A stretch of 63,255 nucleotides of DNA, filler included. It is 5 parts of 5 records of this genome, joined end to end, with 100 filler letters (N's around TTAATTAATTAA, not from the genome) between each part and the next. Parts side by side here need not be neighbours in the genome. Positions count along the whole stretch, not along the records: positions 57,996 to 63,255 come from SRR20825019_2533; 4 more parts are not named here. One strand, 5' to 3'. Of the stretch, positions 58,119 to 63,255 are shown one piece after another. The notes beneath the pieces were generated by a model. That model was not told where the DNA came from and made no database searches. It worked only from the letters and a program-made list of their open reading frames with translations. The translations under genes and the position numbers were made by a program. Position 1 is the first letter of the stretch, and the number at the start of each line of letters is the position of its first letter.

Positions 58119-60167
58119 CTACGAGGTAGTTTCGAGTAGGTTGGCGATATCGCTAGCTGCCTTCTTAGCCTTAGCGCCCGCCTTCTTACCCTTGGGCTTC
58201 TTGGGCACCTTGGGGGACTTGGTACCGGCTGCAGCTGGGGCTGTGGCCTCGAGCTCCTTAAGGCGAGCGGTAGCCTCCTCGGCTTGGGATCGGTAGTCCT
58301 TAGTCTGATTCGCCCACCTCTCTCTGTCCTCCTTTGCGGCGGTGATCCTGGCCCTCATATCCTCTAGCCGTTGGTGGCGCTGTCTGTCCTGCTCTTCCAC
58401 CTCTTGCTGATGAGCACGGTACTCAGTCTCGGCCTTTTCGCGCTCCTTGACTTCCGCCTCGTACCGCTCCTTCAGCTGGATCATCTCACCCTCGTGGGAT
58501 GTCTCATACTTCTTGTGGTTCTCTACACTTTGCTTCAGTTCCTTCTCAGAGGCAGCACGTGCGTTGTCGGCGGTGATTATGGAGTCGAGAATGTCCTTCT
58601 TCTTCTTCTGGTAGTCAGCTACATCGGCAGCAAACTTACTTTCAAACTCCTCTTGGGCCTTGTCAATCTTCATCTTCTCGGCCTTTTGGTTCTGCAGCTC
58701 CGACTTGGCCTCTTCCAGCTTGTAGCGTTGGTAGTGAAGCTTGATGACCTCCTTCCGAAGACGGTTGGGTACCTCCTCGGCCTTGATATGGCGGTTGCGG
58801 GCGGCTAGTTTGGAAGCTTGCATAACGGTACAATGGAACATACTATTACCCTTGAGGCAACACTGCTGGAGGGACTTATTCTTCTCCAGGAGGGCCACAA
58901 AGGCAGTTCCGCCATCATCCGATATGTGGTTGTTGGTCATGGATAAGGACGACAAGACGGTGTTACTTGATAGGGCAACCCCCAGGGCAATTAGACCCCT
59001 GTCGGCTGTCCAAGTCTCGGAGAGATCCAGTGACTTAAGGTGGAAGTTGGCCTCGAGCATGGAGGCAAGTGCGCACACACCCTCATCCCGAATTCGGTTG
59101 TATGCCAGATTGAGGGATGTAAGGGCGGGATGCTCGAGGAGGGCCCTTGCCAATCCCACAGCACCCCCCTCGGTGATGAAGTTCCGTTGTAAATCCAGTC
59201 TGTCCAGTACCTTATTGGTGTGGAGCGATTCGCAAAGCACATCCATGGAGACGTCGTCGATACCACAGTTCTCCAAGGAGAGCAGCAGTAGCCCCTTGTC
59301 CTTGGATAGCGCCCTGAACAGTGCCGCCACCCCCTTACCCAGGGCAGCCGTACCTTCACCGAAGGAGGGGTTGTTGCTGAGCACTAGGGACTTGAGACAG
59401 CTGGCCATACTCCTAGCAGACCGGTCTTGGATTAGGGTACCTAGGGCAGTGATCACTGAGACCCCTAAATTATTGGAGGAGAGGTCTAAGAAATTGACGG
59501 TGGAGCTCTTCCCGACGGCCTCGACGATACCGAGGGCACTCTCGGTGGACATGCAAGTATCGGCCAGCTTTAGTACCTGGAGGGTATTGGAGCTGAGCAC
59601 CAGCTGCTGCAAGGCTGGGAACACCTCCTGTGATCCGTGGCCAATGGGGTTGCGGCTAAGATCGAGTACCTTGAGGGTCTTACTCGATCGGCACTTTTCG
59701 ACCAGGAGGCGGGCAGCAATGGGATCGATGCGGTTGAGGTTGGCATCCTTAGGACCACTACCGAGGATAAGAGTATGTAGCTTTGGGTGGGTGGCTATGG
59801 AGCTAACCAACGCGTGGATGCCGACCGACCCAATATCGTTGCCACCCAGATCGAGGTAGGTAAGGGACCGGTCCTCCCTCAAGTAGTGGGAGAGCGACTC
59901 ACAGCCAGCATCCCTGATTACGTTCTTAGAGAGGTCCAAATGGGTGATGCTAGCCTTGTGTAGTAGGGAGCTGAGAGCAACGCACACATTCACCCCAATC
60001 CGCTCTCCTTTAAGTCGAATCTCGCGGTCCTTAATACACCGCTCGGCGATGTCTCGGAAGGCCTTTTGCATATCAGCCGAGGAGGGTTCGCGGATGTCCT
60101 TCAACCAGGCATTGTACAGCTCACCGTGGATTTGCTCCTCGGAGAGACCCTGTTGCAAACGTCGCAT
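58119..60167 (-). CDS. Eukaryotic RI-like leucine-rich-repeat protein with C-terminal coiled coil
   Basis: Many LxxLxLxxNxIxxxG repeats of about 28 aa, then an E/K/R-rich coiled coil and Lys-rich tail. Confidence 0.9.
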   Translation of the reverse strand: MRRLQQGLSEEQIHGELYNAWLKDIREPSSADMQKAFRDIAERCIKDREIRLKGERIGVNVCVALSSLLHKASITHLDLSKNVIRDAGCESLSHYLREDRSLTYLDLGGNDIGSVGIHALVSSIATHPKLHTLILGSGPKDANLNRIDPIAARLLVEKCRSSKTLKVLDLSRNPIGHGSQEVFPALQQLVLSSNTLQVLKLADTCMSTESALGIVEAVGKSSTVNFLDLSSNNLGVSVITALGTLIQDRSARSMASCLKSLVLSNNPSFGEGTAALGKGVAALFRALSKDKGLLLLSLENCGIDDVSMDVLCESLHTNKVLDRLDLQRNFITEGGAVGLARALLEHPALTSLNLAYNRIRDEGVCALASMLEANFHLKSLDLSETWTADRGLIALGVALSSNTVLSSLSMTNNHISDDGGTAFVALLEKNKSLQQCCLKGNSMFHCTVMQASKLAARNRHIKAEEVPNRLRKEVIKLHYQRYKLEEAKSELQNQKAEKMKIDKAQEEFESKFAADVADYQKKKKDILDSIITADNARAASEKELKQSVENHKKYETSHEGEMIQLKERYEAEVKEREKAETEYRAHQQEVEEQDRQRHQRLEDMRARITAAKEDRERWANQTKDYRSQAEEATARLKELEATAPAAAGTKSPKVPKKPKGKKAGAKAKKAASDIANLLETTS

Positions 60168-60282
60168 TGAATAGCGGTCCTAAAAACAAAAGGGAGGAAG
60201 GGAATTTAATGTAGAGTAGCACATATTGATTTCAATAGTAAAGAAGGAATTGCATTGCAAGTTCGCACACGCACAGAATAAT

Positions 60283-61539
60283 TTATAGGCCGGCATCGCG
60301 CTGCTCGGTGAGCTCGTCGAGCTGCTCCTGCTGCTCAAGTACATCGACCATCTTCATAGTCTGGCTAACAATTGAGGGCACCCTAGCTAGTAGGAGCCCC
60401 ACGACGATAGAGAGGATGATAGTCTCCGGCCATCCACTGTTGGTGGAGAAGTACTCCACCATAGCCATGATCATACGCACCTTGTAGGTACCTAGGAGGA
60501 ACTCCTGTCCCCAACCACCATGGCGAGCGCTGGTACGCTTCTGGGACTCGTGGGGCTTGGTGCCGTAGAGCATGTAGTGAGTACGGGCCTCGGGGGACAC
60601 AAGGATGTCGTAGGCGGTCTTGGCCTCGGCTAGCATCAAGGTCCTCACCTCCTCATCCTGGACATTGGCGGCCTCGGCCTGCTTCTTCTCCAAAGCGGCG
60701 CGTAGATCCTCGGAAGACGCCTTCCGTGCCTTACGGGTGTCCTTCTCGTCGAGGAGAGTCTTGAACAGCTCGCGGGGGATGACACTATCGATGGCCTCGA
60801 AGGCAGCGGTAACCTGCTGGTGCTTGGCCTCGCATGACTTGCCGCACGTAACCAGCTGGCCAAACTCCTGGTTGTGCTCCTCCATACGCTTCTTGACCTC
60901 ACGCTTGACACGCTGCATCTCAAGACGGCGGGCCAGATCGGGGTCCTGCTTGATAAGGCGGGCACGCTCGGAGGTGTCCTCGTCGCTGTCCTCATCATCA
61001 TCGGCCTTGGGTTCGGAGCTAGCAATACGCTCGTGCTCGGTGGGGATAAAGTTTCCAGTCACACCCAACGTCTTAAGGTGGGCGTCGATTTCCTCCTTGG
61101 AGGCAAGATACCCTGACCCAGTGCGGCGAACTGGGGTGTCGCCCTTGGTCTCGGAGGAGTCTCCGTCGATAGGGTCCACAACCTCGCCAAAGCCCCTTCC
61201 ACTCTCCAACTGGGGAATCTCAAGGTTCATCTCCTCATCATACTTGAAGAATGCCAGAGCAAGCATAATCAGGCCAATTCCGATGAAGAAGAAGTTTCTG
61301 AAGCTCTTACCCGACTTGACATGGGCCTCCATCGCTAGCTCCAGCTCCTGGGAGGTGAGGAAGTCCTCACGCCTATCGCGGAACTGACGGGGAGCAGCTC
61401 GGTTAAGCCCCGCAAACTGCTGCTGGCGCATCATGGCAGCCTGGGCACCCTGGTCCCCCTGCAGAGCTCGCTCATGGAGCTGCTGCTGGCGGCGCACGGC
61501 GGCCTCACGCTTAGCCCGAGCGGCGGCTGGCAGGTTCAT
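60283..61539 (-). CDS. Eukaryotic membrane protein with degenerate J-domain-like segments
   Basis: TM FFFIGIGLIMLALAFF and C-terminal TM; AKTAYDILVSPEARTHYMLYG resembles J-domain helix III-IV, no HPD; start set at the first ATG after the AG acceptor. Confidence 0.7.
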   Translation of the reverse strand: MNLPAAARAKREAAVRRQQQLHERALQGDQGAQAAMMRQQQFAGLNRAAPRQFRDRREDFLTSQELELAMEAHVKSGKSFRNFFFIGIGLIMLALAFFKYDEEMNLEIPQLESGRGFGEVVDPIDGDSSETKGDTPVRRTGSGYLASKEEIDAHLKTLGVTGNFIPTEHERIASSEPKADDDEDSDEDTSERARLIKQDPDLARRLEMQRVKREVKKRMEEHNQEFGQLVTCGKSCEAKHQQVTAAFEAIDSVIPRELFKTLLDEKDTRKARKASSEDLRAALEKKQAEAANVQDEEVRTLMLAEAKTAYDILVSPEARTHYMLYGTKPHESQKRTSARHGGWGQEFLLGTYKVRMIMAMVEYFSTNSGWPETIILSIVVGLLLARVPSIVSQTMKMVDVLEQQEQLDELTEQRDAGL

Positions 61540-61629
61540 CGGTCCTAGAGAGCAGAGGGGAAATAAAATTGTTCTCACGAATGGAAAAGATCAAACAGTA
61601 CAATAAAATAAACAAAATAAATAAAGCTT

Positions 61630-62145
61630 TTAACGCATAGACTTCTGAGCAAACATTTCGGCCGACTCTTTGAGCTCTTGTTGCCGCTGCTTCTCCTTGT
61701 CCTCGTCGCTAACACCCATGCGCCGCCTGATGTATCTCTCATCAGCCGATCTGGACATAATGACGCTCTGCACCTTAACGAATGGCACCTTGATGCTCAC
61801 ATCGGTTCGGTCAGAGACTGGAAGAGCACCCTGTAGGTCCCGTACTCGCTGCTTAGGAGACTGGGATATGTCCACCAAGGGAGGCAAAGCTATACATGTA
61901 TCTGGCCTGTCTAAGTAGGAGGTACGATCGAGTCGTAGGTGGTTAGGGAGGTAGGCGTTGTCGGGGATGGCACCGGCCTCTAGCAGGGTACGGTACTCAC
62001 CAACAGTGTTGAGGAATTGAATCCGTGCCCAGTCGGTCCCAAGGCCGTACCTACGCATCGACATGTACCCAAACACAAACGTCATGGTGCCCGACACCAC
62101 CATGGTCATCACCCACTTATTACGGGACTTGATCACAACCGACAT
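61630..62145 (-). CDS. Eukaryotic hypothetical single-TM protein
   Basis: ORF after a polypyrimidine-AG acceptor; hydrophobic WVMTMVVSGTMTFVFGY. Confidence 0.65.
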   Translation of the reverse strand: MSVVIKSRNKWVMTMVVSGTMTFVFGYMSMRRYGLGTDWARIQFLNTVGEYRTLLEAGAIPDNAYLPNHLRLDRTSYLDRPDTCIALPPLVDISQSPKQRVRDLQGALPVSDRTDVSIKVPFVKVQSVIMSRSADERYIRRRMGVSDEDKEKQRQQELKESAEMFAQKSMR

Positions 62146-62229
62146 CGTACACCTTTGAGGGAATAAATAAAGACAGCACTGAAGCATACAATAATGTAAA
62201 AGGGCATTGGTAGAAGGAGGAATGTACAT

Positions 62230-63246
62230 CTAGATTGACCACAGGGATTCAAGGGTGGTGCCCTCTCTCAACTTCTCCACTGCAAGGCCGATACCCGCAT
62301 CGTAGGTGGGCTTCCTGTCGCTGTTCTTCTGGCCCTCATCAGCATAGTATGCCGCGAAGGCATCGGTGGCAATATTCTCGATCATATCAGCACCGTCTTG
62401 TACACGTTTGACGGTGATGTCCTCGATGTTCTCGGGGACATCCTCTAGCAGGAATTCCACACCCAAGATGGGCTGTTGGGAATACAGGCGCCACAAGGAG
62501 CTCACCTCCTTGAACACGTCCTGAAGCTTCTCAGCGGGATCCACTCGGAACCCAAGGACGTACGGGCCTGCGTGGGCACTTGTCTCAATGACGAACGCTG
62601 CCCCAAACTTGCTCTCCCTCACCTTGACCCCAACGATTTGGATGTAGGGGATGGACACATTAAAGTTCTCTGCCAGGCTAGCATACCACACAACTCGTAC
62701 GTTGGTGATGACTAAGGTTCCCAAATTGCCCTGGTCACTGGAGAGATTCCATACCCCAGTAACCTTAGAGAGCATCTGCTCCCGTGGTACCTGCACCAGC
62801 TCTTGGTCTTGGATAATGGCGCTTCGTAGCTTTAGATCCCTGTACACACGGGTGGTGTCGTATGCCTTCCACACAGCCAAGACGGTCGAGAAGAGACGGG
62901 GGCTCTCGGGGATAAGGTAGGTGAAAACAAACTCGAATCGGTTGTTTCCAAACTTTGTGTTTACATAGAGGGCCTGGGTGGTTCCTCGAAGCCTGGAGGC
63001 GGCACTGTGGATGCTGATGTTGGTTACACAGTTGAGGCCAACACTCAAATTGATGCGGGGGTCTCGGGTGCAGTGCCAAAGTAGTCGTAGGTTGGTGACA
63101 GTTAGTAGCCCTCTCTCCCCATTGTTGCCCTTGGTATCCTCCACCGAATCGAGGGTATCGATAGCCACCTCCCCCTTTCGCAGGGCATACTCCATGCCGG
63201 TCACGTCGAATATAATCTCTCTATCTTGCCAAAACTGATCGTCCAT
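62230..63246 (-). CDS. BBS5: Bardet-Biedl syndrome 5 protein (BBSome subunit)
   Basis: WQDREIIFD, DSVEDTKGNNGERG, TNLRLLW, GVWNLSSDQGNLG, RESKFG, YVLGFRVDP, LGVEF, GLAVEKL..TLESLW. Confidence 0.96.
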   Translation of the reverse strand: MDDQFWQDREIIFDVTGMEYALRKGEVAIDTLDSVEDTKGNNGERGLLTVTNLRLLWHCTRDPRINLSVGLNCVTNISIHSAASRLRGTTQALYVNTKFGNNRFEFVFTYLIPESPRLFSTVLAVWKAYDTTRVYRDLKLRSAIIQDQELVQVPREQMLSKVTGVWNLSSDQGNLGTLVITNVRVVWYASLAENFNVSIPYIQIVGVKVRESKFGAAFVIETSAHAGPYVLGFRVDPAEKLQDVFKEVSSLWRLYSQQPILGVEFLLEDVPENIEDITVKRVQDGADMIENIATDAFAAYYADEGQKNSDRKPTYDAGIGLAVEKLREGTTLESLWSI

Positions 63247-63255
63247 ATAAATACT

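Overview
This window is not one locus. It is five unrelated contigs joined by 100-nt N/TTAATTAATTAA spacers (13582-13681, 28071-28170, 44558-44657, 57896-57995), so neighbourhoods must not be read across the spacers. Contig 1 (1-13581, probably alphaproteobacterial) is a lower-GC accessory/defence island and is the interesting part. It has a serine recombinase and an Abi-like HEPN gene preceded by a structured RNA, a terminator and an RBS-hiding hairpin. It also has a CBASS-like operon in which a C-terminal-Gly metallo-beta-lactamase sits where a cyclase would be (MBL > E2-E1-JAB fusion > membrane patatin), with a divergent CapW-like WYL regulator and a three-way-junction leader over the MBL ribosome-binding site. 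A pentapeptide-repeat gene, an unknown two-gene membrane pair and a permuted NlpC/P60 gene complete the island. Contig 2 (13682-28070, Rhizobiales-like) is housekeeping: proVWX, tspO, mgtE, psuG, recA with LexA boxes. Contig 3 (28171-44557, Rhodobacteraceae-like) is metabolic and transport genes. Contig 4 (44658-57895, probably Verrucomicrobia/Opitutales-like) has pstAB-phoU, a mannitol/fructose-type sugar locus and tRNA-His with a duplicated 3' end. Contig 5 (57996-63255) is eukaryotic: intronless co-oriented genes including BBS5, with polypyrimidine-AG acceptors, kinetoplastid-like. All family and taxon calls come from motif recognition by eye; no searches were run.
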